Shown here: in pieces, positions 1 through 8,898 of the stretch
How the letters are laid out: the number at the start of each line of letters is the position of its first letter
How positions within the stretch are numbered: position 1 is the stretch's first letter
Sequence record: MN101221.1
Reading direction: 5' to 3' (one strand)
Length of the DNA: 64,000 nt
Origin: Klebsiella phage KMI7
Notes under the pieces: generated by a model
Database searches by the model: none
Told to the model about the DNA's origin: nothing
The model's input: the letters and a program-made list of their open reading frames with translations, nothing else
Position numbers and translations under genes: made by a program

Positions 1-22
1 ACGAAATCTACGGGTAAATGAC

Positions 23-307
23 TCATTCGCGACCCCGCTTATATGATTCCATGAAATAGGCCAATGATAGCGCAACTTCCGGAGTAACATCAACAGATTC
101 GATCATGCCTGGAGTTACCGCCATCATCCCGAACTGACGAAGCCCACAACGAGCAATCGATTTTTCCAGTCGGATCATGTTTTCTACAGCCTCTGCAAAA
201 TTGTCCAGATGTTCCCAATCATGGTAATCTTCCATTGTCGAACGATCACTTTTCAAAATCAGATCGGCAACCAATTCAGCATAAAGGCGAGGAAGGTGAA
301 TATTCAT
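23..307 (-). CDS. hypothetical protein (94 aa)
   Basis: Open frame upstream of dda in the co-directional early gene array. No recognisable motif. Confidence 0.4.
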   Translation of the reverse strand: MNIHLPRLYAELVADLILKSDRSTMEDYHDWEHLDNFAEAVENMIRLEKSIARCGLRQFGMMAVTPGMIESVDVTPEVALSLAYFMESYKRGRE

Positions 308-616
308 TTAAAACCCCTCAAGCATGTTTTTGTTTTCACGAATGTTACGACCCATTTTCAAGGTATCAATGATCACTGCATACTCTTCAAAAGTGAATTC
401 GATATCTTGTGAAATGTTTCCCCACGTGTAGGTCGGCCCGTTAGGACAGTATAACCCAACTTCTTTGTTTGCGTTGTCAACGCAGCGCAATTTTGCAAAC
501 AACAAATTGATATCGATAGAATTGAACCCTTCGAGATAATCAAGCCCCTCTCTACCAATACGGTCAACTTCTCGCAAAATCTTTTCTACATCTTTGACTT
601 TAACAATAATTTTCAT
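308..616 (-). CDS. hypothetical protein (102 aa)
   Basis: ORF directly after dda. GAGG Shine-Dalgarno follows the GGGC-TTCG-GCCC hairpin upstream of its ATG. Confidence 0.45.
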   Translation of the reverse strand: MKIIVKVKDVEKILREVDRIGREGLDYLEGFNSIDINLLFAKLRCVDNANKEVGLYCPNGPTYTWGNISQDIEFTFEEYAVIIDTLKMGRNIRENKNMLEGF

Positions 617-626
617 AATAACCTCA

Positions 627-643
627 AAGGGCCGAAGCCCTTA
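627..643 (-). other. GC tetraloop hairpin overlapping dda stop codon
   Basis: aagggccgaagccctt (UUCG loop on the minus-strand RNA), followed by the SD of the next gene. Likely a partial terminator or RNA stability element. Confidence 0.4.
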
Positions 644-1969
644 GACATAATCAACAGTGAATCGTGCGCGGGTAGTTCCTACATAAAGCAACTGCTTACA
701 CAATTCATAATCGGCGTATGCGTATGCATCGCGCGTATACATGTATGAATGATCATACGTGCTTCCCTGACCTTTGTGATACGTACAAACCGGAAGCGCC
801 TTAACCGTCTGGAACTTGTTTTTGATTTGCCAGAACGAATACCAGGGGGCTTTGTATCCGGTTTCCTGTTTCATCTTTTTATACTGAAACGCGACGTAGT
901 TCAAATAATCGCCTAAACGTTCCTGCATAACCGGATCCGCGATAACCTGAATATCCGCTTTCGTATCCTCGAACATCGATTCTGTTTTCATCAAGAAATA
1001 ATCGATTTGAACCGGATCGCATCGGTCAGCTTTGATAGTATCAGAACGCGGTATGATTTCAAGGATTTTAATTTGCTCGTTGTTGTTATAGATAACTTCA
1101 ACAAACGAAACCCCATTCACACGGCCTTCCGTCACTAACGGTTCTTGCATCACAACTACTTCACCAACAATGAACGGCTGATCAGTTTTGTACAAGTGTT
1201 TGCGGATCACTGCGTTTAACTTGTCTACGTTTGCGTTAGTGTAAGCAAACATACGGTTATTATTCAGGTCATCCGGAGTCTTAACACGGCTAAAATAACG
1301 TCTCAGGAAGTCACCAGCGTTTTCGTGCTTCATTACCCCTAGTTCACCATTCATGAGGGGCATTAACGGCTTACCGTCGCGTATAGCGCGTGATACCTGG
1401 ATGATTGGGTTTCCTTCTGCCTGACGCATAATCTTATCCATGCGAATGACATCAAAAATTTCCTCATCAAAGAACGGTGAAAGCTCGGTGATCCCTTCGG
1501 TATTAACAGGACGGATCTGATCCTTATCACCCAATCCCAGGATCACCGCACAACTCGGAATAGTACGCTTGATGATACGGAATAGTTCTTTGTCAACCAT
1601 CGATACTTCTTCAACCACAAACACACGACATTCAGACAGATCAGCGGCTTTTTTGCCTTTTTGCTGTTCAAATACTCGTAACTCTTCGTTGGTTACGGGG
1701 CTGATTTTCAGTGCTGAGTGAATGGTCGTTGCATCCATACCCACCGCCTCAGAGAGAACGTTTTTAGCCTGGTGCGTCGGTGCTGTCAACCAGATCCCAC
1801 TAATACCCAGTTTTTTCAATGTTTCAAACACAAATTTTACCAGAGTAGTTTTACCAACACCCGGCCCACCTGTGATAGTAGTATGGATTTTGTTTCTGAT
1901 ATTTTTAATCACTCGATCATGTGCATTTTTCTGGTCTTCGCTCAGATCGTCAAAAGTTAATTCGCTCAT
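641..1969 (-). CDS. dda: Dda-type SF1B DNA helicase
   Basis: 442 aa. Walker A GGPGVGKTT. Collinear with my recall of T4 Dda (439 aa), including LTAPTH, DEVSMVD, QIRPV and the C-terminal LLYVGTTR motif. Confidence 0.9.
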   Translation of the reverse strand: MSELTFDDLSEDQKNAHDRVIKNIRNKIHTTITGGPGVGKTTLVKFVFETLKKLGISGIWLTAPTHQAKNVLSEAVGMDATTIHSALKISPVTNEELRVFEQQKGKKAADLSECRVFVVEEVSMVDKELFRIIKRTIPSCAVILGLGDKDQIRPVNTEGITELSPFFDEEIFDVIRMDKIMRQAEGNPIIQVSRAIRDGKPLMPLMNGELGVMKHENAGDFLRRYFSRVKTPDDLNNNRMFAYTNANVDKLNAVIRKHLYKTDQPFIVGEVVVMQEPLVTEGRVNGVSFVEVIYNNNEQIKILEIIPRSDTIKADRCDPVQIDYFLMKTESMFEDTKADIQVIADPVMQERLGDYLNYVAFQYKKMKQETGYKAPWYSFWQIKNKFQTVKALPVCTYHKGQGSTYDHSYMYTRDAYAYADYELCKQLLYVGTTRARFTVDYV

Positions 1970-2256
1970 ACTTTAATCAATACCCCTTGAATACTTGCGT
2001 GTTCAATAAACCAACGCATATCTTTCTTTTTCTTTTCGGTTACGGTTTCAACTTCTTCCTTTCGAAAGAATCGGCTAAGACCACTTTGTTTAACTGGATT
2101 CATCTTATCATGATATTCTTTGATAATCGAATTTTTATACTCGTTAGCATCGTCCGGAGATAGAAACAACAAAGGTGTTAACTCTCCTTCCTTAATGAAG
2201 GGAATTTTAAACCCGTCTTTATCCTTACTAACGACGATATAATATTTTGTAATCAT
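1966..2256 (-). CDS. hypothetical protein (96 aa)
   Basis: ORF whose stop overlaps the dda start (coupled). No motif. Confidence 0.45.
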   Translation of the reverse strand: MITKYYIVVSKDKDGFKIPFIKEGELTPLLFLSPDDANEYKNSIIKEYHDKMNPVKQSGLSRFFRKEEVETVTEKKKKDMRWFIEHASIQGVLIKV

Positions 2257-2438
2257 TCTCGCCCCTCATAACAAACGTAGAATATTCCAACAAACCAAAA
2301 CACTGATAGTATAATCAGTAAAAGTTTTCTTTCAACGCCATTTACGTGAAACACACACCAACCGAAAAGATATGTGATCATCGCGCAAACACCATAAGAA
2401 AGAACCCCAACAGCTACTAGCGCGATGATCGGATCCAT
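2253..2438 (-). CDS. small hydrophobic (membrane) protein, 61 aa
   Basis: Two hydrophobic stretches. Overlaps neighbouring genes by 4 nt. Confidence 0.35.
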   Translation of the reverse strand: MDPIIALVAVGVLSYGVCAMITYLFGWCVFHVNGVERKLLLIILSVFWFVGIFYVCYEGRE

Positions 2439-2971
2439 TAGTAGTTGTTAGCCCAACGGCGGAGGTTTTCGGCTTGTTTCAGTGCATACAGTTTGTAGAT
2501 AGTTTCCGCATCCATACCCAGCGCCAGGAATTTGCACATAAAGAAATGCCACTGATCGATAAGTTCAAACAGAACTTCTAAACGATCCTCTTCACTCAGA
2601 TCCGCAAATTTAGTATTGCGCAATTCCTGGTGATTTGCTTTCCACGGTTTCCAAACACCGGATGCAGGTTTAACACCGCGAGACATTCCACCCAGAGCGG
2701 TATACAATTCGCGGGTTTCGTCGGCGATCGCGTCATCTTGCAGTTTCAGCCAATCAAGGATTTCTCCGCAAGTTTCCAGATTATCTGGACGCGGAACCCA
2801 ATGCAGCGTATCAGACAGGCTTTGTTGTGCATGGTTTTGTAAATCCAGCATGGATTGTAAAGGATCACCATTACGGGCCAGAATCTTTTGATATTCGGAA
2901 TCTACAAATTCCAGATCTTCCGGGTTAACCAGGTGCGCACATGAATTAAATACAGGAGTTTTATCAGTCAT
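2438..2971 (-). CDS. MazG-like all-alpha NTP pyrophosphohydrolase (putative)
   Basis: 177 aa. ExxE (ADETRELY) followed by an EDRLEVLFELID motif about 50 aa later. This is the MazG ExxE...ExxD spacing. From sequence only. Confidence 0.4.
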   Translation of the reverse strand: MTDKTPVFNSCAHLVNPEDLEFVDSEYQKILARNGDPLQSMLDLQNHAQQSLSDTLHWVPRPDNLETCGEILDWLKLQDDAIADETRELYTALGGMSRGVKPASGVWKPWKANHQELRNTKFADLSEEDRLEVLFELIDQWHFFMCKFLALGMDAETIYKLYALKQAENLRRWANNY

Positions 2972-2978
2972 ATCAATC

Positions 2979-4004
2979 TCATTTTTTCGGTGATTTGTCC
3001 CACGACTTAAATCGAAGTTTTGCCGTGAGTCCAGAAACAGTATTATCTTTCAAATACTGCATAATTTCAAGTTTAGTTGCGCCGTCCGTTTTTATCATTT
3101 CGTTGATATCTTTGGAAGGCCACGGGCATTTGTCCCACATTACAACCTTTTCTCCAGCCTCAATCAATTTAAAGAGGCGGTGAGTAGTATCCGGATGACG
3201 TGCTTCATTGTCAAGAACCCAGACACGCATATTTTTATACGGAACCTCAGAAAGCGCAAGCTGTCCACCAGTGATAGCGCCAGCATTATCAACAAACAGG
3301 CTATCTAATGGCCCCTCAAGAAGATAAACCGTTTTTAGCGGATCTATCGTATCCTGTCCGTAAATCTTAGTTGATTCCTCACAGGCTTTGATTGTGATAT
3401 ATTTCGACTTAGCACCATCACGTAAAGCACGGCCCTGGAAAGATTCTATTTTACCTTTCTTATCGAAGATAGGGATCACTAATCTCGGTTCTGGTTTTGC
3501 GATCGGATAGGTATCCGGATTCACAGTATTAACCAGTTGTTGCCATTCGCGAGTAAACCACAACCGATCCCACTTGTCACGGGGAATACAACGATTTTGC
3601 ACATATTTTATGATCGGATGTTCATCCGGCAAGGTATCTAACCTTTCGCAGAATTGAAGAGTAGGAATAAATTTCTTCTCTTCCTTCGGTTGTTCTGTAT
3701 GTGTTGGCTTTAACGAATTGCGATCCTTAAACGATTCCATGAGATAATCACGGTAATCGTCTGGATAATATTCTTTCAGGAATACGCTAAACGGTACACC
3801 ATAACCACAGTTAAAACAACCACAATTCATATGATCGCCCTTTTTAGAAGGGTAGATCCAAAATCGTTTTTTGTACTTGTCTTTCATTGAGTCGCCGCAA
3901 ATAGGGCAACGCGCATTGATGCTTAATGCCCCTGATTTACGAACGATTTCGCTTTGAGGCAATGATCCCATGATTCGGGTTGCAAATTCTATATCAAGAT
4001 ACAT
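2979..4004 (-). CDS. 61: DNA primase gp61
   Basis: 341 aa. N-terminal zinc ribbon CPICGDS...CGCFNC. Length and position (between dda and gene 41) match T4 gp61 (342 aa). Confidence 0.88.
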   Translation of the reverse strand: MYLDIEFATRIMGSLPQSEIVRKSGALSINARCPICGDSMKDKYKKRFWIYPSKKGDHMNCGCFNCGYGVPFSVFLKEYYPDDYRDYLMESFKDRNSLKPTHTEQPKEEKKFIPTLQFCERLDTLPDEHPIIKYVQNRCIPRDKWDRLWFTREWQQLVNTVNPDTYPIAKPEPRLVIPIFDKKGKIESFQGRALRDGAKSKYITIKACEESTKIYGQDTIDPLKTVYLLEGPLDSLFVDNAGAITGGQLALSEVPYKNMRVWVLDNEARHPDTTHRLFKLIEAGEKVVMWDKCPWPSKDINEMIKTDGATKLEIMQYLKDNTVSGLTAKLRFKSWDKSPKK

Positions 4005-4007
4005 TTC

Positions 4008-4268
4008 TTACCTCAGTTGACTATCTTTCGATCCTCGTCGATTATACCCGGCGCTGATCATTTCGTCATGTTCTTTTTGGCATTCAATACAATAACGGCA
4101 ACCCTTCACGATAGCCCTACGCTTTTCGGGTATCGGATCCCCACAATCAAAACAATGCGTTAATGATTCTCCGTTTCTGATTTGAGAACGTGCAAAATCT
4201 ATCGCATTGTCTATTGTTGTCTGGATGGTATCTTGAACACCGTCAGCAGGGCCAAATCCAACCGCCAT
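4008..4268 (-). CDS. TraR/DksA-family C4 zinc-finger protein
   Basis: 86 aa. CFDCGDPIPEKRRAIVKGCRYCIECQ matches the C-x2-C-x17-C-x2-C-Q signature of DksA/TraR. Confidence 0.6.
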   Translation of the reverse strand: MAVGFGPADGVQDTIQTTIDNAIDFARSQIRNGESLTHCFDCGDPIPEKRRAIVKGCRYCIECQKEHDEMISAGYNRRGSKDSQLR

Positions 4269-4323
4269 TGTAAATCCTCCTAATCAAATGATTTGAATAT
4301 CATAGACTAAGAGGATTTTTCTG

Positions 4324-4821
4324 TCAACTGGTTAATTTCTTTTTCTTTTTACCTGCACGGGTAACACCTAATACTTTCGGCCCGATGTTGGTTACTGCTC
4401 CAGTAGTCACACCAGAAGCAATCTTTTCCGGATCGCCGCCAGAATCGCCAGCGACCATATCCTCTAACATACGCCCCTTATCATAATATTCTTTGAGGCG
4501 TGGAACGTTCAGCATGATTTCTTCATGCTCTTGTTCCGTCAGATTGTAGCGATTGCGTAAGGTATCATATGAACTGGTTAAGTTCATAAATCCAGTCATA
4601 TACGGAACAGAATTCATTCGACGCTTGATATGGCGTACTGAACGATGAAAAGGAGAATACGCTTCTAACTCTTCTTTTGTTTTGGGGTTGCGAATTACTT
4701 CGCCTTGTCCATCAAGGATCCCCAGCTTGTAAGCAGTCCATTCAGTCCAGGGCTTTTTGAGTAGCCGGATCATCCGGACGCTATATGTTAAATCCATATT
4801 TTTAACTAATTGATCACTCAT
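4324..4821 (-). CDS. hypothetical protein (165 aa), lysine-rich C-terminus
   Basis: Long open frame, co-directional. C-terminal KKKKK tail. Confidence 0.5.
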   Translation of the reverse strand: MSDQLVKNMDLTYSVRMIRLLKKPWTEWTAYKLGILDGQGEVIRNPKTKEELEAYSPFHRSVRHIKRRMNSVPYMTGFMNLTSSYDTLRNRYNLTEQEHEEIMLNVPRLKEYYDKGRMLEDMVAGDSGGDPEKIASGVTTGAVTNIGPKVLGVTRAGKKKKKLTS

Positions 4822-4826
4822 GATTA

Positions 4827-5603
4827 TTACTCTATTGTGAAAGTGAATAAATCAGATTTGGTTTCAGGTTCAAACTCCATACAAACAACCTCGCATAGTG
4901 GTTTAACCCCTTTCCAATCCTCCAGGTAATACCCAGTATCTATACCGCATCCAGGATTCATAACAAGGCCAGTTTCATCAAGAAACTTTTTGCATTTACT
5001 TGATGTGGTGCTGTCATCTTGTCGGAAACAATGTGTTTTCGAATACCGGAAATTTGCAGACATTTGAGGGATTATGAAAGTTCCCTGACGCGCGATCTGT
5101 GATGCACGTTCGATTACTTTATACTCAAATTCTGCCCCTGTATACTTACCCTTAAAATCAGAGGTTTTGATTTTACCAAAAGGCGGATTACTGATCGCCA
5201 TATCAAACACCTGATTAAATTCAGTTGTTAAGGCGTCTCCATGCACCCAGGAGGCTTCTGGTACGATACGCTTACCTAACTCATAGTATGTGTGATTTAA
5301 CTCAACACAGACGATTTCACGCGGCGTATTGTACATCATGTAATGAACCATAGCGAAAGATAATCCACCGATACCAGCACACAGGTCAATAACGCTTCCA
5401 CCTGTGCAAGCATCGATTGTGAAATCGCGAGCAAGTCCAATAGGGGTAAAGAACGCCCCTAATTCAGAGTTGTTTGTAAACGCGCCTTCATGAAAGTTTT
5501 CGATAATGAACAACTTCTCTTCGTAAGTTAGCGCTTTGTCAGAGTGAACCAGATCCATTATCTGATTGTGTTTCTTGGTTTCCGCTTTCGTTAACTTTGC
5601 CAT
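4827..5603 (-). CDS. gamma-class N6-adenine (amino) methyltransferase-like protein
   Basis: Motif X FFTP, motif I VIDLCAGIGG and motif IV NPPF in gamma-class order. Start trimmed to MAKL (ATG 5601-5603, weak SD). The longer ORF-track N-terminal extension looks non-protein-like. Confidence 0.65.
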   Translation of the reverse strand: MAKLTKAETKKHNQIMDLVHSDKALTYEEKLFIIENFHEGAFTNNSELGAFFTPIGLARDFTIDACTGGSVIDLCAGIGGLSFAMVHYMMYNTPREIVCVELNHTYYELGKRIVPEASWVHGDALTTEFNQVFDMAISNPPFGKIKTSDFKGKYTGAEFEYKVIERASQIARQGTFIIPQMSANFRYSKTHCFRQDDSTTSSKCKKFLDETGLVMNPGCGIDTGYYLEDWKGVKPLCEVVCMEFEPETKSDLFTFTIE

Positions 5604-5925
5604 TGTCCCAGCTATACAATAATGTTGATTCATTCGGATAGAATTCCCATCCGTCCACGTATCCGGTTTCCCAGTCAGTAGTTTGTTCAAAACCACAGAT
5701 CCATTCATACACACCCGGAGGCATTTCGATAGAATCAGGAAGCCCGATATCTTCCGCGCTGCGTCCACATTCAAAGAATGCATCGTGAATGAATGGTCGA
5801 GATAATACCGTAACATAACCTTCATCGTCAACAGCTACGATCCAGCGCGAACTGTGAGGACTATCGAACTTCGGTTCTTCGTCCATATCCGCTTTTATTT
5901 CAGCCTTACAAAAATCAATATTCAT
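5539..5925 (-). CDS. hypothetical acidic protein (128 aa)
   Basis: Protein-like composition. Its 3' end overlaps the methyltransferase start by about 60 nt in another frame. Confidence 0.45.
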   Translation of the reverse strand: MNIDFCKAEIKADMDEEPKFDSPHSSRWIVAVDDEGYVTVLSRPFIHDAFFECGRSAEDIGLPDSIEMPPGVYEWICGFEQTTDWETGYVDGWEFYPNESTLLYSWDNGKVNESGNQETQSDNGSGSL

Positions 5926-6158
5926 TTCAAACCCTCTTTAACACCCTCTTTCATGGCTTTCCAGGTAGAACCCGCTTCACCATTCAGGGCGGCGAATACA
6001 AATAGTAAGATAGCAAGGACAAGATTCACGCCAGCAATCACCATGATTTTGCTATACACGAAAATGTAAGGCATTGCCACCACCCACCAACTAAAAGAAT
6101 TACCAGTTACGATGTTGAGTGCTGCAAGTAAGAAAGTGATAACGAATGCGATTTTCAT
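5922..6158 (-). CDS. small membrane protein (about 78 aa, 2-3 TM)
   Basis: Start trimmed to MKIAF, preceded by a strong AAGGAGG SD. Hydrophobic helices. Follows a bidirectional hairpin. Confidence 0.5.
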   Translation of the reverse strand: MKIAFVITFLLAALNIVTGNSFSWWVVAMPYIFVYSKIMVIAGVNLVLAILLFVFAALNGEAGSTWKAMKEGVKEGLK

Positions 6159-6222
6159 AATGTCCTCCTTTGTTATGATTAAGGTATCATCTTTTGTGAA
6201 AGAATGCAATACCTACAGATAC

Positions 6223-6251
6223 AAAAAAGCCCCTTTCGGGGCTTAATTTTT
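6223..6251. terminator. bidirectional intrinsic terminator
   Basis: aaaaaagcccctttcggggcttaattttt. Confidence 0.55.
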
Positions 6252-6504
6252 ATGCGTTATTGATGAGATACCGAAGAACGTTTTTCGCTTGTTCCTCATT
6301 ACAACCAACTTTGAAACCAGGTTCGATAGGGAGGAAGTTCCAGAGGAAATCAACACTTCCTTCAACGTCATCTTTGCCTTTTTCCAGCATCGCTAACAGT
6401 AAACCTTTGTTTTTGATGCTGTTTACGATTGCGTCAAAATAACCATCGCTGAAATCAACATTCGGGTTCAGCATTTCGTTGTAAGGGTTGTTGAATACGT
6501 TCAT
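6250..6504 (-). CDS. hypothetical protein (84 aa)
   Basis: ORF with SD AAGGAG upstream, followed by the hairpin at 6223-6251. Confidence 0.5.
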   Translation of the reverse strand: MNVFNNPYNEMLNPNVDFSDGYFDAIVNSIKNKGLLLAMLEKGKDDVEGSVDFLWNFLPIEPGFKVGCNEEQAKNVLRYLINNA

Positions 6505-6584
6505 TTTGAATCTCCTTTGTTTAACTCAGTATCTTGTCTACGTGAGTTATATTACCACAATGGAGATTCAGGTCAATACCTTTT

Positions 6585-6854
6585 TTACGATTTTTTGAAA
6601 AATTTTTCGTATTTGGCTTTTACCCAGCGATACATATCTTCGGCCTTGTCACTGGAAATCAGTGAGAACAGCAGATAGATCGCAATACCCACCAACACAA
6701 CGCCTACAACAATGTAGACGGGTAATAGAACTGGGAAGAGAACCCAGAACCATGACATTTGCGAGAAGCCGAACACTTTAGCGGCTGCAAAAATCAGAGT
6801 TAGTCCAGTTAGCAGTTTGATAGCCGGAATCGGAATCGTTATAGTCTTAGTCAT
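6585..6854 (-). CDS. small membrane protein (89 aa, 2 TM)
   Basis: Two long hydrophobic helices. Confidence 0.5.
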   Translation of the reverse strand: MTKTITIPIPAIKLLTGLTLIFAAAKVFGFSQMSWFWVLFPVLLPVYIVVGVVLVGIAIYLLFSLISSDKAEDMYRWVKAKYEKFFKKS

Positions 6855-6858
6855 TTCA

Positions 6859-7068
6859 TTACCTTACATTTTTTGCAATAAACAGTGTTAAACGCGGGAA
6901 TACGTTTGATAGAATGATCATTCTCAGTACAAAACCACCTACTAACACCAACAGCGGAGAACAAACCAACCACCAGGAAGCAGTAGCCATAACGCCGATT
7001 GCTGCTAATTTTAGGTATACCATCACACCAAACAAAATAATTAATATAAGTTTCATTTTAGATTCCAT
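6859..7068 (-). CDS. small membrane protein (start uncertain)
   Basis: Hydrophobic ORF. The ORF-track start is a TTG inside a hairpin, so I trimmed to the first ATG (MESKM). No clear SD. Confidence 0.3.
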   Translation of the reverse strand: MESKMKLILIILFGVMVYLKLAAIGVMATASWWLVCSPLLVLVGGFVLRMIILSNVFPRLTLFIAKNVR

Positions 7069-7095
7069 TGTAGGGGCTTTTTCGCCCCCAGTCAA

Positions 7096-8532
7096 TTAAA
7101 ATTGAATGTCAGATTTTGCAATCTGTGCCATTTTATCACGTCGGGTAGATTCAGCCTGTTTAATCATCGGGCCTTGTGTCTGTTCTACTGTTTTAGGCAT
7201 AGTGTTGCCGTGGTAGTCAGATTTAAACCCGTATTCGCTGTTGTCGGTATCCATCCAGCGCTGATTACCCTTGCGAACTTCCAACTTGAACTTGTTGAAA
7301 GTGTTCTTATCGCCATAACGGGATTTGATTTGCTTGAACAGTTGCATACCCTGATCAGCTAACTCTTCCGTCTCGATTACAGCTAACATAAAATCAGCCG
7401 TAGCAGGTAAACCAGCGGATTCCGCAACATCACCCATACTCACATCCGAACTATCCCATGCAGAACGACCAACCTGTGCGCCTGTCCACATTACGGTATT
7501 AGTTTCAACAGCAAGACCGCGTAGTTCTTCGGCAATTGCTTTAACCAGAATATAGGTATTCTCAGCACCTTTAACACGGGTTGAAGTACAGATCCCCAGG
7601 TAATCGACAATGATCACATCCGGAACAAACTGTTTCTTCAATTTAAGCTCTTTCACAAGCGCTCTAAAGTGGTTTGCACCTGCACCCGATGTAGGGTACT
7701 GCTTAACCACCAAACGCCCAACCTTACCCGCTTTAAGGCGCTCCATTTTGTTCTTATAGTCTGCGTATGTAATGTTCCCTTCGTCGATGTCATCCATAGT
7801 CACATCAAGAAGGTTAGCATCGATACGCTTAGAGCAAACATGCTCTGCCATTTCCATAGAAATGTAAAGAACGTTTTTACCCTGTTGCAGATAATCAGCC
7901 GCAAGAGAACATAAGCCCAGTGATTTACCAACGTTAACACCAGCCATGATGATATTCAGTGTACCACGTTCCGCGCCGCCTTTGGTGATTGCGTTCAGGA
8001 TCGGGATACCAAACGGAATTTTCATCGCCTTCGATTGGTAAAGCATCCACCGTTTTTCATAATCTTCGAAATAGTCATGACCTACTGAACTATCGAATGA
8101 AATTGCTAATGCTTCCTCCATGATTTCAGGGATAGCCCCAACACCAGGAAGTTTCTTGTTCTGTTCTGTCAGTGGTTTTTCTGCGTTCGCCTGGATCTCA
8201 ATTGCGCGAGAAAGAGCACGATACATTGCTTTGTCTTTGCAATATGTTTCCGTTTCCTTCATTAGCCAATCTAAATCTTCTGGCGCATTTTTCAGCGACT
8301 GAATCGCCTTTTTCGTGTCTTCGTAGACTACATCACTTAGATTTCGTTTGTCAAGCGCAACCTCTAAAGCAGTTTTTGACGGAATGCCGTTGAATTCCTG
8401 TACATGTTTATCAATGAGGTCAAACAAAACTTGCGCATTGCCTTCGAAATATTCCTTTTTCAGATGGGGCCATGCTTGGACAAAATATGTCCCGTTATAA
8501 ATCAGGTTAGAAAATATTGTATCAACGATCAT
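7096..8532 (-). CDS. 41: replicative DNA helicase gp41 (DnaB family)
   Basis: 478 aa. Walker A GVNVGKS. N-terminus collinear with T4 gp41. Position between primase and uvsX. Confidence 0.92.
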   Translation of the reverse strand: MIVDTIFSNLIYNGTYFVQAWPHLKKEYFEGNAQVLFDLIDKHVQEFNGIPSKTALEVALDKRNLSDVVYEDTKKAIQSLKNAPEDLDWLMKETETYCKDKAMYRALSRAIEIQANAEKPLTEQNKKLPGVGAIPEIMEEALAISFDSSVGHDYFEDYEKRWMLYQSKAMKIPFGIPILNAITKGGAERGTLNIIMAGVNVGKSLGLCSLAADYLQQGKNVLYISMEMAEHVCSKRIDANLLDVTMDDIDEGNITYADYKNKMERLKAGKVGRLVVKQYPTSGAGANHFRALVKELKLKKQFVPDVIIVDYLGICTSTRVKGAENTYILVKAIAEELRGLAVETNTVMWTGAQVGRSAWDSSDVSMGDVAESAGLPATADFMLAVIETEELADQGMQLFKQIKSRYGDKNTFNKFKLEVRKGNQRWMDTDNSEYGFKSDYHGNTMPKTVEQTQGPMIKQAESTRRDKMAQIAKSDIQF

Positions 8533-8541
8533 TGTATTGCC

Positions 8542-8862
8542 TTATACCAGGTTGCTGAACATCATGAAAAAGTTGTAAACCTTTTGTTTGAATACATCCC
8601 ATAATGTCAGTTTAGGCTTTGGGACAACTGAACCCTTTTCAAGCTCTTTAATCTGTGCATAAATTGCATCATGCACCAGCGGGATCAACGCTTCTTTGTC
8701 TTCGTCTGGGGTACTGAATTCTACTTTCAGCCCATGATCCCAAAACACCTTATGAATATAAACCAGATGCGCAACACCTTTTTCATCGTTAATCAGAAGT
8801 TCCTGAATAACATCTTTCATCGCTTCATCAATATAATTCTTTGCTTTGCTCTCGATATCCAT
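8542..8862 (-). CDS. hypothetical protein in the gene-40 position (106 aa)
   Basis: Sits between uvsX and gene 41, where T4 has gene 40. Hydrophobic C-terminal tail. Positional call only. Confidence 0.45.
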   Translation of the reverse strand: MDIESKAKNYIDEAMKDVIQELLINDEKGVAHLVYIHKVFWDHGLKVEFSTPDEDKEALIPLVHDAIYAQIKELEKGSVVPKPKLTLWDVFKQKVYNFFMMFSNLV

Positions 8863-8877
8863 ACATTGCCTCGGTTA

Positions 8878-8893
8878 TGGGGCCGAAGCCCCA
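8878..8893. other. GC tetraloop hairpin GGGGCC-GAAG-CCCC between uvsX and downstream gene
   Basis: The T-run is on the plus side only. On the minus-strand RNA it precedes a GAGG SD. Confidence 0.4.
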
Positions 8894-8898
8894 TATTT

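Noticed and set aside
4827-5831. Full 334-aa version of the methyltransferase ORF
   Set aside because: The N-terminal 76 aa are Cys/Leu-rich and non-protein-like, and fully overlap a protein-like ORF in another frame. The internal ATG at 5601-5603 gives a complete motif X-I-IV methyltransferase.
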